Source of the DNA: Epiperipatus broadwayi
Lineage: Eukaryota > Animalia > Onychophora
Length of the DNA stretch: 64,000 nucleotides
Assembly: GCA_028023455.1 (NCBI GenBank)
Contig: JAQFVV010000001.1
Location: 7,192,001 to 7,256,000 of the forward strand
Direction: 5' to 3'
A program made the position numbers and the translations under genes. Below the pieces are notes generated by a model. That model did no database searches. It saw only the letters and a list, made by a program, of their open reading frames with translations, and was not told the origin of the DNA. This document shows, piece after piece, positions 13,360 to 24,899 of the stretch. Numbering within the stretch: position 1 is the first letter of the stretch; every line of letters begins with the position of its first letter.

Positions 13360-13400
13360 CTGAAGAAGAGGGGAGACTAATATCTCTTGAAACATGGTGC
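13360..13400 (+). ncRNA. Degenerate hammerhead-like motif in the pseudo-LTR (second copy 10795-10835)
   Basis: CTGAAGA-A-GAGGGG(AGACTAATA)TCTCTT-GAAAC. The other copy has CCTCTC, which completes stem II; stems I and III do not close cleanly in either copy. Confidence 0.4.
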
Positions 13401-13534
13401 ATATACTAACCTGTTTGAGGTGCTATTATTAACAGTTGAATGTATTTGGAATATTTAAATAAAGTTAAATTTTTCTAAAGTCATTCAATACATATATTAT
13501 TAGATGATGGAAATAGTCCAATATAAAAATACAA

Positions 13535-14200
13535 GCTCTTAACAAGTTTTGTAGAATATTCCCAACCCAGATCAGTTTCTGTTACTGGCTTCCTCAGTGA
13601 GGTGCTAGGATATTCAAGCATTAGATTAAAAATATCAGGACAAGCCCAGCACTTTATCTAATGGATAACTATTAAGTAGAAAATTGAAATTTTCAGACAT
13701 TCATATGTCTTCCAATCCAGCTAACCTAAATAGTAGAAACCGGTCTGGAGTTGGGGGTATTCTGAAAAGCTTATTTGTGAGCTCTATATATAACATTTGT
13801 AATACAAACTTATTAAATTAGGTCAGGTGACATATGACTTGATTTCTTTGCAACTTTATTTTTTGCTATTAAGGTTTTGGTGGTTTTATCTTACTAAACT
13901 TATTAATATATGGTGTATCTGAACTTGGTTCAGTCCTATATGGCTATTTAAGTTAGACAGCTGGATTGGAAGACATATGGAATGTCTGAAAAATTCAGAT
14001 TTTCTACTAAATAGTATTGGTATTTTTAATCTAATTTTTGAATATCCTAGCACCTCACCGATGAAGCCAGTAGCAGAAACTGGTCTGGGATTGGGGATAT
14101 TCTGTAAAGTTTGTTAAGAGCTTATTTGCGAGCTTTATATATAACATTTGTAATACAAACTTGTTAAATTAGGTCATGTGATATATGACTTGATTTCTTT
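13535..14200. mobile_element. Rearranged PLE-type pseudo-LTR fold-back, second family
   Basis: About 13535-13725 is inverted relative to about 13950-14122, and about 13730-13850 is directly repeated at about 14070-14200; hammerhead cores in both inverted arms. Confidence 0.75.
14053..14090 (+). ncRNA. Minimal type I hammerhead (inverted copy 13566-13602)
   Basis: CCTCA-CCGATGA-A-GC(CAGTA)GC-A-GAAAC-TG-GTC-TGGG. The minus copy retains CTGAGGA but has other mutations, so the consensus of the two is complete. Confidence 0.6.
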
Positions 14201-14404
14201 GTGATATATATATATTCTTTGTGATATATATATATAATATAAAGTCAGATGTCACGTGACTTATATATATAGCTTGCATTTACAAATATGTAAAATTAAG
14301 AGTGTGCTAATAATTCTCTAAACAAGCTTTTTTTAATTTTTCATGATAAATTCTACTACAAGAGAAGTTATTCAAATAATCTTTATCTAAGATTAGTCTC
14401 CATT

Positions 14405-14442
14405 CCCAAACCAGTTTCGAGCTATAGCTCTCTTCAGTGAGG
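14405..14442 (-). ncRNA. Near-intact minimal type I hammerhead ribozyme
   Basis: Minus strand reads CCTCA-CTGAAGA-GAGC(TATA)GCTC-GAAAC-TG-GTT-TGGG: stem I CUCA/UGGG, 4-bp stem II, self-complementary ACUGGU stem III and an NUH triplet (GTC in the partner arm at about 14741-14755). Confidence 0.72.
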
Positions 14443-14689
14443 AGCTAGGACACCAGATTCTAAAAACCAACTCAAAATAAGCATTTATCTAATAGTTAAC
14501 TTTCAATAAGAAGATCTGAAACTTTAAGATATCTACATGTCTTTAAAGTCAGCTCTCCAACTGAAAAAATCATATTAGCCTGAACTTAATTAAGATACTC
14601 CATATATTAATAAGATTAGCCATTTAATTTAGTGAAATCCCTGAACAGCATAATAATAATAGTAATAATAGAAAGTCAGATGTCACATA

Positions 14690-14692
<3 letters not shown>

Positions 14693-14726
<34 letters not shown>
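14693..14726. repeat. (TA)n microsatellite
   Basis: Directly visible; shorter TA or CA tracts at about 19528, 29187, 39233 and 47772. Confidence 0.95.
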
Positions 14727-14727
<1 letters not shown>

Positions 14728-16678
14728 CTTGCCATAGCTCAAAACTGGTCTGGGGATAGGGACAATCCTATATATAAGATGATTTGAATGCCTTCTCTTG
14801 TAGCAGCATTTATCACAATAAATTAAAAAAAGCTTGTTTAGAGCTTATTAGCATGCTCTTAATTTTATATATATGGTTGTTTGCATTGGGATAAAGAGTG
14901 AGAGTATAAAAGAGCAGATGATTAAATGAAAGCATATTTGATTTGACTTTAAGTCTATATTCATTGCAAAATTCTTTTTTTTTTTTTTTGAGTTGAAATG
15001 GCTTTGCGCTCACAAATGGATGCCAACGAATGAACAAAATATATAACTAATGATAACAAATTTACTTATCTTTATTATCTTAAATTTAAAATGATTTATG
15101 TACATTATTTATATTTTTAAAGTTGTACTATTCTCCCCTTCTTTATTTATTGTAAATAAATAATTAAATGACTAGTTGCTATGAAGGTCATGTTAATCTT
15201 GAAGATTGAACACAACTGTTTTGTTTTATTCAGTTAATCAAACTGATATTTATATATATATATAATTTACTCAATTGAAAAATGATCTAAAAACTGTTAA
15301 TCGTTAGATTCTGGCACTATAAATATTATTACATGGGACTGTAAATTTAACAGTTTATGTTATAATAAACATAAATCTTTTTAAATAAATTGTAAAAAAA
15401 TCATGAAGTTCATAACAATTTATTGTTAAAATTTCTAACAAGAGAAACCTGTATACTAATATAATGGCAAATTAAACAAAATTTTCTGACTAATTCCCAA
15501 TTACTTAAATGTATTGATCACATAATTGCTATAATAAAATCTCTTTTAATATTTTATTTTTTCATCATATTAACTTGGTTTTGGTTTTACTCATATTGCA
15601 TTTATTTTTATTTCAGATTTGTTATAAATTTTATCAAGCCTGCTCACAAATTTTTCTGATAATCTTTATCATCTCTAAGCAAAATTATCATTCTACATCT
15701 GATATTATGAACACCATTTTTCTCAAAGAAAATTCTAAACTTAAAAAAAATATTCACTTAAAATCTCAAAAATATTAAAATTTCATTAGAAATAATATGA
15801 TCGACTATAATTTTAATTCCTTAAATTGATGCTTTAAAATTTTTTTGTTTTTATTTTGGATTTTTTTTTTTTTTAATGTTTATCAAACTGTTTCCCTGTT
15901 CTCTGGATTAACCTTAATTTCTTTTGTAAAAACGAGATTAAAAACACAAACTGCACATCACACAAATCCCATTTAATCTATTAAAATATCTCTCAAAACT
16001 TTCAACATTTAACTACAATTAATATTCATGATATCGTTTCTATTTTCTGTCTTATGATCTTTCAATAATAAAAGTATAATCTGCAACTATATACCTGATG
16101 AGTCCTTTTTAAAACTTAGCCTTCACTTAACTGGGATGTTATTAATTTTACATTCTTTATTTCAACTCCACAACAGCTTCCTCATTAATGAATATTCTTT
16201 TAATTGCATCATCTTCTCTTCACCACCATCACATAATACAGACAAAATGTTATTTATTTCACACAATGTTGATTTATTATTTCCATGTTTATAATATATT
16301 TATTAGGACTTTTTTTTTTTAATAATTACTATTCTTTGCTTAAAGTCACGTTTTCTTGCCAATTTTATTCTATGACGTAGTATTAATTAAGATTAATATC
16401 TAAGTTTAATTTTGCTACTTTTATTTTTGTGACTTTGCCATTGTTTAAGTTATTTTACATATTAACTTTTTTTTATGTTTATACTCTTTCAAATTTTTTT
16501 TTCCCAATAGCATCTTTTTATTAATTCATTTACAAGTCAGATTCTCTTTTAGTTACATATTAAACATTGGTTGTGATGAATAGTATATATGAAAATATTA
16601 TTTTAACAAACAAAAATAAGCATTACAATAAATAGCATAAGATATTTACAAAGAATAAAATAAGAACAACCTAAAACT

Positions 16679-19450
16679 CATGATCATTATCAACCATTAT
16701 CAATACACTGCAGAAAAAAGGTCGTTCCAAGTTTAATCCATCTCTGATCTATAGCCTTTCTTCTCACATTACCCCTGCACATTTTTTTATTTTTATTTAT
16801 CCATCTCATATGTGGTCTCTTTCAGGGTATTTTACAATCTCTTATAATTTAAGATTTCAATTGTCCATCTATTATCATCTCTTCTAGTAATATGTCCAGC
16901 CAAACTCTACTTCAGTCTTTTAATTCATTCAATGATGTCAGTAATACCTGTTTGTTCTCTTACCCATGTATTGCATTTCTGATCTCTTATTACTCCTAAC
17001 ATACATTTCTCTATACTTTTTTAGTGGTCAGAAATCTGTGTATTGCTATTCTATTAAGTGTCCAAGTCTCAGATCCATAAGTAAAAATTGGTAAAACACA
17101 TTTATTAAAAACCTTCCTTTTCAAACACATAGGCATATTTCTTTTTAATATTAAATTATTTCTATCCAAAGAACTCCAATCAAGTTTAATTCTATGATTA
17201 ATTTCATCTATTATCCATTCCATCTGTAGTAATAATCTGGTCAAGGTTCTTCTAATTCATCATAATCAATCATTATTTTCATCTTTTGAGAAAATCCACC
17301 TTTAGTCCTACTTTTTTACTTTCATCTGATAACTCTTTCAACATGACCTGAAGTTCTGAAGCATTATTTGCAAAAACAATTACATCATCTGCAAAATCTA
17401 AATGACTTAAATATTTTCCATTTACTTTTACTCCTTAACTTCCCATTTTAATCTACAAAATGCTTCTTGCAACTCTGCTGTAAAATTTTTTGGAGATATG
17501 GAGTCACCCTATCATATACCCTTCTCAATGTTAATCTCCCTAGTATAATTATGTAATATAATTGTTTGCTGTTGCATTTTTATAAATATTCTTTTGAATA
17601 TGACAATATCTTGGGTCTATACCTTGATTATCCAATGCTTTAATCACTGAAGAACTGCTTATAGAATCAAATGCCTTTTCATAATCTACAAATCCAAAGC
17701 ATAATGGCAACACATATTCATTGTACTTTCTGTAACTTCTCTTAATACTTGGATATGATCTACTGTACTAAAACCACTTTTAAATCCAGCCTGTTCTTTT
17801 GGTTAGTTGAAATCCAATGTTTTCTGGAGACAAATTGTAATTATCTTGCTAAAAATTTTATACAAAACTGGTAAAAACTGATAGGTCTGTAATTTCTAAT
17901 ATCTTCTTTATCACCTATTTTTGTATATTAATATTAATACTGCATTCTTTCAATCATGTGGTACAACTTTAACATTTAGACATTTGGTATATAACTTTGC
18001 CATAAAAAATTTCTATTTCTTCACCTGCTTCTTTTAATATATTGATTATAATTTCATTATTACCTGGAGCTTTTCTTTTCTTTATAAATTTAATTGCATA
18101 TCTCACTTTTTCATTTAAAATTCTGGGCAATTCAGAAAATATAATAGATGTAGCAGATACTTGTTCTTTATTATTATATAATTTTTGATAGAACTCTTCT
18201 ATTCATTTCATGATAGTTCCATCTTTTTTTCTTATCGCAGATATGTTTCCTATTAATACAAAAATGTTGTTTTACACTCTTGAGACTTTTATTCTCTTCT
18301 ACAGCTTTCCTTGCTAGTTTACAATTATACTTTCTTATATCGTTATCAAGTCTTTTTCACATCATTTTACAAAATTTGAAATATTCAATCCTTCTTAATG
18401 CATCATTTTTATATATTTTCAAAATCCTTTTTTTCTTCATAAATTCTCTAGTCTCAGTAGATATTTTACTGGTCAATTGTTCCTTTTTTCTACCAACTAT
18501 CTTTGTTGTAGTTTTTAAAAGTTTATCAGTTATTTTCCTATTAATTTCATTCAAATCTTAATCATGTTCAAAATTTATTAATTTTTGAAAACGATTTGCT
18601 AGTTCTAATTTAAATTCATTAGAATGTTTCTGAAGATTAGAAATATCAACTGTAAATATTGTTTTTTTTAATAATTTTTATCTCTGTGGTATCCATGATC
18701 ACTTCCTGTGTTGAATTTATTAAGAGCATTACAATCTTGAAGTATATATTTTCTGTTAATCAAAATATAATCCAATACTGCTTCCATGTCCATTTCTTTT
18801 TAACATTTTTTTCAAAAAAAGAATTTATAATATAAAATTGTTGTTTTTCCTGCAAATTCCACAAGGGTATCCTCTCTCATTTCTATTACTAAAACCAAAT
18901 TTACCTACAGCACTTCTGTCTTTCATTTGTTTTCCAATTCTAGCATTAAAGTCTCCCATAACAATTTTAAAATGTTGTTTAATCTGATCAAAAATCTTTT
19001 GTATATTTATATAAAAATCTTCTACTTTGTCACTATGAGAACTTGTTGGGGCAAAAACTTGAATTATCTGCTTTTGGTATCTGCTATTAAGTTGAATATC
19101 TAATCTTGCCACTCTGTCTGATACATCATCAATCTCCACAACATTGTTCTTCCACTTTTTATTTATAATGATTCCTATTCCATTTGTACTTCCAATATTT
19201 GTGCCTTTGTAGTAGATTACACATCCAATTTTTAAATCAATTGTCTATTCACCGTTTCTTTTAATTTCAATCCCATTTAATATTAAACAGATCTTCCAAA
19301 TCTTGCAAACTTCCTCTACTTAAAAGTCATCTGCAGTTGTAAGTATCTAAATAAAAAGTCATCATCAAATGGCAACCTGGATCCACAATCAGGGATTCTT
19401 ATTACCCTCTGCCTCCAGCTACCAACTGCTTCCTTGGCTGGTGACTTTAC
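16679..19450 (-). mobile_element. RTE-clade LINE, near full length, decayed
   Basis: Minus strand: TYNC.. start, VSDRVARL..IIQVFAPTSSHSD..FY..VMGDFNARIG (ORF 18825-19139), KAPGND, EQAGFKSGFSTVDHI, FVDYEKAFDSI, QGDSISP, LDFADDVI and LKWSLAGHI; tail ttgataatggttgataatgat. Confidence 0.92.
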
Positions 19451-20377
19451 AACCTACTGGGAATAAGGGACATGATTTACTTTTGTCTGTCATGATTGTA
19501 TATAGCTATTAGAAAAAAAAAGTTTCATTCACACACACACACACATATTTATTCTGCCTTATCAGGAAAGTCTGGCATTTCTTGATTTTAAAGTCAGAGA
19601 TAAAAAGCCAATAAACTCACACACTTGCTAATGCATGTTGGTTTCCTTTCAATTTTTTTGAACATTTTACTTATGGAAAGAAATATTTGTATAAGTCTAG
19701 ATTTGTACAAAATGCCACCACTGATATTTTTCTGAATATTTTCTTAAATCAGTCTCACTTTTTCCTCTGATTTATATTATAGTGTAACTTCTTATTATCT
19801 ACATTTATTTTATGATCAGTACATAAAGTCAGAAATGTATTTCTGAAAAGTTCATATAAAATTTAACACAGCGTTTTGTATCTTTATTAAATTTGAGATC
19901 TTCTAATACTTTCTTAATATAAATCCTTTTTTAGTAATTTTTAATAAAGTATTTATGATTATTGTTTTATTTTCTATATATGCTTATTATTTCTCCTTCC
20001 TCAATTTTTTTTTTTTTTTGTTGTTGTTCTTCTGCTATATTCAATTTATTCTATAGGTATTGATTTATTTTATATATATACTTTAAAACTTTTGTTTTAT
20101 TATATAAACTTTAAATAAAAAATAAAGATATCTGATAAAAGCAAATGCCCCCCCCCCAACCTCACTAAAATGAATTTTTGGAAGAATTAGTTTGACTTGT
20201 TCACTTTGCTCACATCACATTCTTTCATATGGTTTTCATTGTCTTTAATGTTATGTGCAAAAGAGTATAGCATTTGTAAATTTATTTTCCTATATAGAAT
20301 GCTCATCTTATGATCATTATATCTCATCATTGGTTTAAGAATATGAATATCCATAGTTTTTTTGGAATAACTTTTAC

Positions 20378-21227
20378 TTTACCTATTATAACTGAAACAC
20401 GCAGGCTTATTATATACCTGTGTCTATATATGTAATATATAGGATATATGAGCACAGACTTTCACATAACCCACCACTCTACACACTATCTCATAACACT
20501 GATACACCTGAACGCATATATGTTGAAAAGATAAATAATCACCAATATCCGTATTTCATGCTAAAACAGCAATCATCAGTTGGTCCAGATTACCATCTCC
20601 ACACATCTATAAGTGCTCAGATATATATTAAGATAGCCAATCCTCATACTTTAATGGACAGGCTTCAATCCATTCCGCACTCCAACTCTTCATCAGTCAA
20701 TCCAATTGAAAATCTGAGGCTGAGATTCTTGTCACACCCATGTAAGTCTGGGCTCATATACCCTATATATTACACATATAGACAGGGGTATATATTAAGC
20801 CTGTGTGTTTCAGTTATTACATAGTAGAGGTGTCTGCCCATCCCTTGTATATGTATAAAATGGATTATGTTCTGTACATGAGGAGTCAGATTGACCTTAG
20901 GTCAACATAGGTATGACAAGAATCTTGGCCTCAGGGTGGCCTTTGAGCATTCCATCATCAGATTTTCAATTAGATGGACAGTTGAAGAGTTGGAGTGTGG
21001 AGTGGATTGAAGCCTGTCGTGGCTATCTTAATACATATCTGAGCACGTATGGCATATATGTGTGGAGATGATAATCTGGACCAACTGATGGTTGCTGGTT
21101 TAGCATGAAATACTATATTGGTGATTATTTATCTTTCAACATATATGTGTTCAGGTGTATTAGTTTATGAGAAAAGAGTGGAGAGTGGTGGGTCATGTGA
21201 AAGTCTGTGCTCATTTACCTAATATAA
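20378..21227. mobile_element. TSD-bounded double fold-back with hammerhead cores
   Basis: About 20387-20450 is inverted with 20755-20815, and about 20450-20750 is inverted with 20900-21213; flanking duplication tttaccta(t/a)tataa at 20378-20391 and 21214-21227. Confidence 0.8.
20542..20583 (-). ncRNA. Minimal type I hammerhead (second copy 21081-21121, plus strand)
   Basis: CCAA-CTGATGA-T-TGCT(GTTTT)AGCA-T-GAAA-TACGGAT-A-TTGG; stem I CCAA/UUGG. Comparing the two copies suggests a palindromic ATACGTAT stem III and an AUA triplet. Confidence 0.68.
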
Positions 21228-22401
21228 TACATTAATTAAAAATAATTATTCATAAAACTTTACTAGACCTATTAACTACCATTTTAAAATATTTATGGTA
21301 TTAACTTTCATAATCTATATTTAAGTAATTATTTTTGTTTATATTATTAATTTTTATGATCTATATTTAAGTAATTATTTATATTTGTATCTCTTGACTC
21401 CATATATATATAATCAAATGCTAAAAACTCACTAATCAATATCATAAACCAAATACATTAATTCAAAGTTAAGTTTCTAGGCAATATTAAATTAAAAATT
21501 CATTACAGCTATTTCCCTTCTTTTTAAATACAAAAATAACACAAAATAACACACAAACATTTATACCCTATCTTAACACATTTCAAACGAATATTCCAAT
21601 TGCTTTTAATATTAAAAGTTTTGAAACGAGATTCTTTAATTCTTCTTTTCATTCTTCTCAAATAAGACAATCACAACTAACTAAATAAAATCTCATGGCT
21701 TGTATTTCTCTCATGAATATATATCGCAGAATTAAGATATTTATTTGTTACTATACTTCTATAAAACTTTTACAAACTTTAAGCGAACGTTCATAAGAGT
21801 AAAGAATAAATAACTTAACGTATTATATATTCATAATATAGGTCATTAGATTTTGTTAGAGCAAATTATAGTTGTCTTCTTTGGGAAGAATGTATAGAAG
21901 AGAAATAAAGAATCTCTTTAAATAAAGATTTGTGAACCCGAAGTTACTAATTGGAATATATTTTAATATGTTAAATTTTATTTGTAGAAAGATAGTTTAA
22001 TATGTATGTTGGTTTGTATTATTTTTGACATTGAAAAGTCTATCATTGTATTGAATTTTAGCCAATGGCATTTTTAGATCTTATCTCTTAATTATAATAT
22101 TGATTTTTATATATTTTTTTCCATTCATCTTTCACATTATATTCTTTAGTTCTACAATATACAATGTTTACTTTTTCAATTCTGAAAACATTTTTGTCTA
22201 TTTACTTTTTCACTATTTTAAAAAACTAAAAAATTTTGATTATGGTATTATCTGAGATATGTTGAATAATAACAAATTCTTCCTGATGGAATAAGTTTTT
22301 TTTTTCTTTTAACATCTTTAATCATAATAATTTCTATCAAAATATTAACAATATTTATGACATAGATATGCATCATTTATTAATCAAAATAATATAATCT
22401 T

Positions 22402-22512
22402 TTTTTTTTTCATATGTCATAGCATCGGCCGGGACGCGAACCCACAACCGTCTGCAACCAACTACTTGCTTGCAAGTCAGCTACGATGAACTCTCGGCTA
22501 ACAACGCTTGAC
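22402..22512 (-). mobile_element. Young, very short tRNA-derived SINE with A-tail and 14-bp TSD
   Basis: Minus strand: TAGCCGAGAG A-box-like, GGTTCGCGTCCC B box, GCGTTG/CGATGC acceptor-like pairing and an A10 tail; TSD aataatataatctt at 22388-22401 and 22513-22526. Confidence 0.85.
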
Positions 22513-24899
22513 AATAATATAATCTTAAACATTGAAATTGTCATGTATAATATATGTATGAAAATTATAAGTATAATAGCTGTTTTCACTTGAAATGTTA
22601 AATTCAAGATATATAAATCACTCTTTATATTTCTCATCTATAAATTATACGCTTTTTCTTTTGCTCATTTCTTCTATCTTCATTCTTATTGCAACGGGAG
22701 ATGGAGATAATGTTCGTGGCATCCTTTTATATCATCGTATTTTCCCTGCTTCATGATTTACCCACTTTGCACCGTTCACTTTCTTTTAAAAACGTGTAGC
22801 TAGTAATTTAAAAATTAAAAATATTAATAGTAAAGAATTGCGGTATTTTAAATTTTTATCGCCATTATTTTTATTGCAATGTTATAAAAATCATTATGAT
22901 TTATTTGTTTACATTTCAAATAAATTGAAAGAAAGAGAATTATAAAAAAAAAAATAGTATTCTGGTTTTATTTAACCTAAGGCTTTTCTCTTTTTTTTTC
23001 CTTTCAGAAATATAATTAATAACCATTTGAAAAACATGATTTAGCATTTAATAAAATAAAATTTAAAAATCTAAAAACACGTTATTTCAATCAATTATTA
23101 TTGGATCAATTTTGAATTATTTATAATAATTGTTATTAGTAATTTTAAAATAGTTTTAAACAAGTTTATAGAAGCTTCATTTTTTAGTTTATATACATGT
23201 ATATTTGCGTTTAATGATTAAGAAAAAAAAAGAAATTAATGAACAAATAGAAACAATTATTTTATGATATTCTGTACATTCTTGGAAATCAATGATGTAG
23301 ACTTATTGAGTAATAATCGTTTATTTTATATACAGAATAATAACATTGAAAAAAAAAAGTCGGCGAATAAATCACACAAACAAGACGAATATATCAACGA
23401 AATTTATGCAAACTTAAACTGGGCGCATTCTGCAATTATAAAAACTATAAAAAAAAAAAGTCACAAAGAAAATTGAGTTTGATCTGTAACATTTCCTAGA
23501 TTGCTTTTGAACTTCCGAAGAGCAGTCTTCTAAGAGAATTCTCAGAGTTCTTCTTTAAGATTTTAATTTTATAAGTTCTTATTTCTTATATTTGGCTAGA
23601 GTTTCAATTTTATTGATGATGGCACCTATCTCTGATCCATGATTAAGAACCTCGAATAATAAATTCTACCACATAGATTAATTACCTCTATATAATTAAA
23701 AATGAATTTGTGCTTTATAGATGTGAATGTAAGCGAGTTATTTATATAAGAATACTTACTAGCTTATAGTTTTACTAATCAAGATTAGATTGCCAATAAT
23801 TGAATGTATATTATATTGTGTAGTAAAGCATCCAAATAAGCTGAAGATCTGGATGGACGATTTAGTTAACTATGCTCATTGTTCAGATTAAATGTTTGTC
23901 TTTAAAAATGGATATCTGGGAATATATATATATTGCTTATTTTCAAATGTTTCATATTTCTCTACAATAGTTTTATTTATTTTTTTGCAATCATATCTAA
24001 TATTTGTGGAAAAGAATCTAGGTTTTATTTTCCTTACAAATGTTGATAAGAGTTTGGTTTAATTGTAGGTTGACTGATTTCGGATAATAGAAAACAGCCT
24101 CACAATTAATTGTTTCGGGACATTAGTAAAAATAACATCATGGATATGAGATGGATTTTTCTTTATTAATATTTATTTTGATTGATGTATTGTCTTCTTT
24201 TCAGAACATTTAATTTAGGGCTGATATGTAAAGATACACAAGTATACTATCCTCCCAATTTGTAATTGTTGTGCTTGTATTAATAGTACTGTCAAAATAA
24301 TGTTCCAATCATTCAATAATAACACATAACTCAATAAATAAAGGTTAAGATTATTTATTATAGGTATATGCAATAGATTATATACAGACATTTGCATCCA
24401 TTATGGTTGACGAATTCTAAAAGTTTACTAGTTAATGGTAAAAACTAATGCTTAAATAAGAAATGCTGAGACTTCAGTTTTGAATTCTGAACTTCCAGCT
24501 CTTAGGTGGCTTGCTTCATGTGTGGGTACAATGATGTCAGTAGCTAATTCCTTAGTGCTCCTGGGTTGAGCATGCATTAATACATTCCATTAAATAATGG
24601 ATAACAAGATTATTTCTAATATATAGCCAGATTCCGTTTCTTACTGAAAATAATCAGTTTCATAGACTTAGCTCTGTAATTGACCTGCTTGTACTGGTGG
24701 CTATTTATTCATTTTCATTGCTATTTTATTGGTCAGCTGTACTCTACATTTAATCTAATCTTGATAAAATTATAATTTGAACAAATCCTTTGTTTGAGGG
24801 TAAGTTTAAAATGAATTCAAAAAATATCTATCAAGGGCAGTCAAGACAGACAAATTGAATATATATATAATATAAAACAAATTCCATTAATCTTGCAGA

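Larger units (their letters stand above)
10516..13533 (+). mobile_element. Penelope-like retroelement with two direct pseudo-LTRs
   Basis: RT plus GIY-YIG ORF relic between two direct repeats of about 450 bp. The repeat starts inside the 3' end of the ORF (KEAAHM codons), as expected for PLE pseudo-LTRs. Confidence 0.9.
13080..13533 (+). repeat. 3' pseudo-LTR of the PLE
   Basis: Direct repeat of 10516-10957, ending gtccaatataaaaata. Confidence 0.88.
14293..14868. mobile_element. Fold-back of a related pseudo-LTR family
   Basis: Inverted arms about 14293-14426 and 14733-14868; aaagtcagatgtcac..tatata..gcttgc is repeated at about 14241 and 14672. Confidence 0.7.

Noticed and set aside
14975-15035. 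40-bp fragment with poly(A) on the minus strand as a named retroelement
   Set aside because: Too short to assign; only a 6-bp possible TSD.
18280-18561. ORF-track hydrophobic ORFs such as 18280, 12886, 12924, 26065, 46814, 47007, 49649 and 49941
   Set aside because: They are antisense shadows of LINE or PLE coding relics.
19370-19450. HDV-like ribozyme at the RTE 5' end
   Set aside because: Some pairing is visible, but the nested double pseudoknot could not be built by eye.
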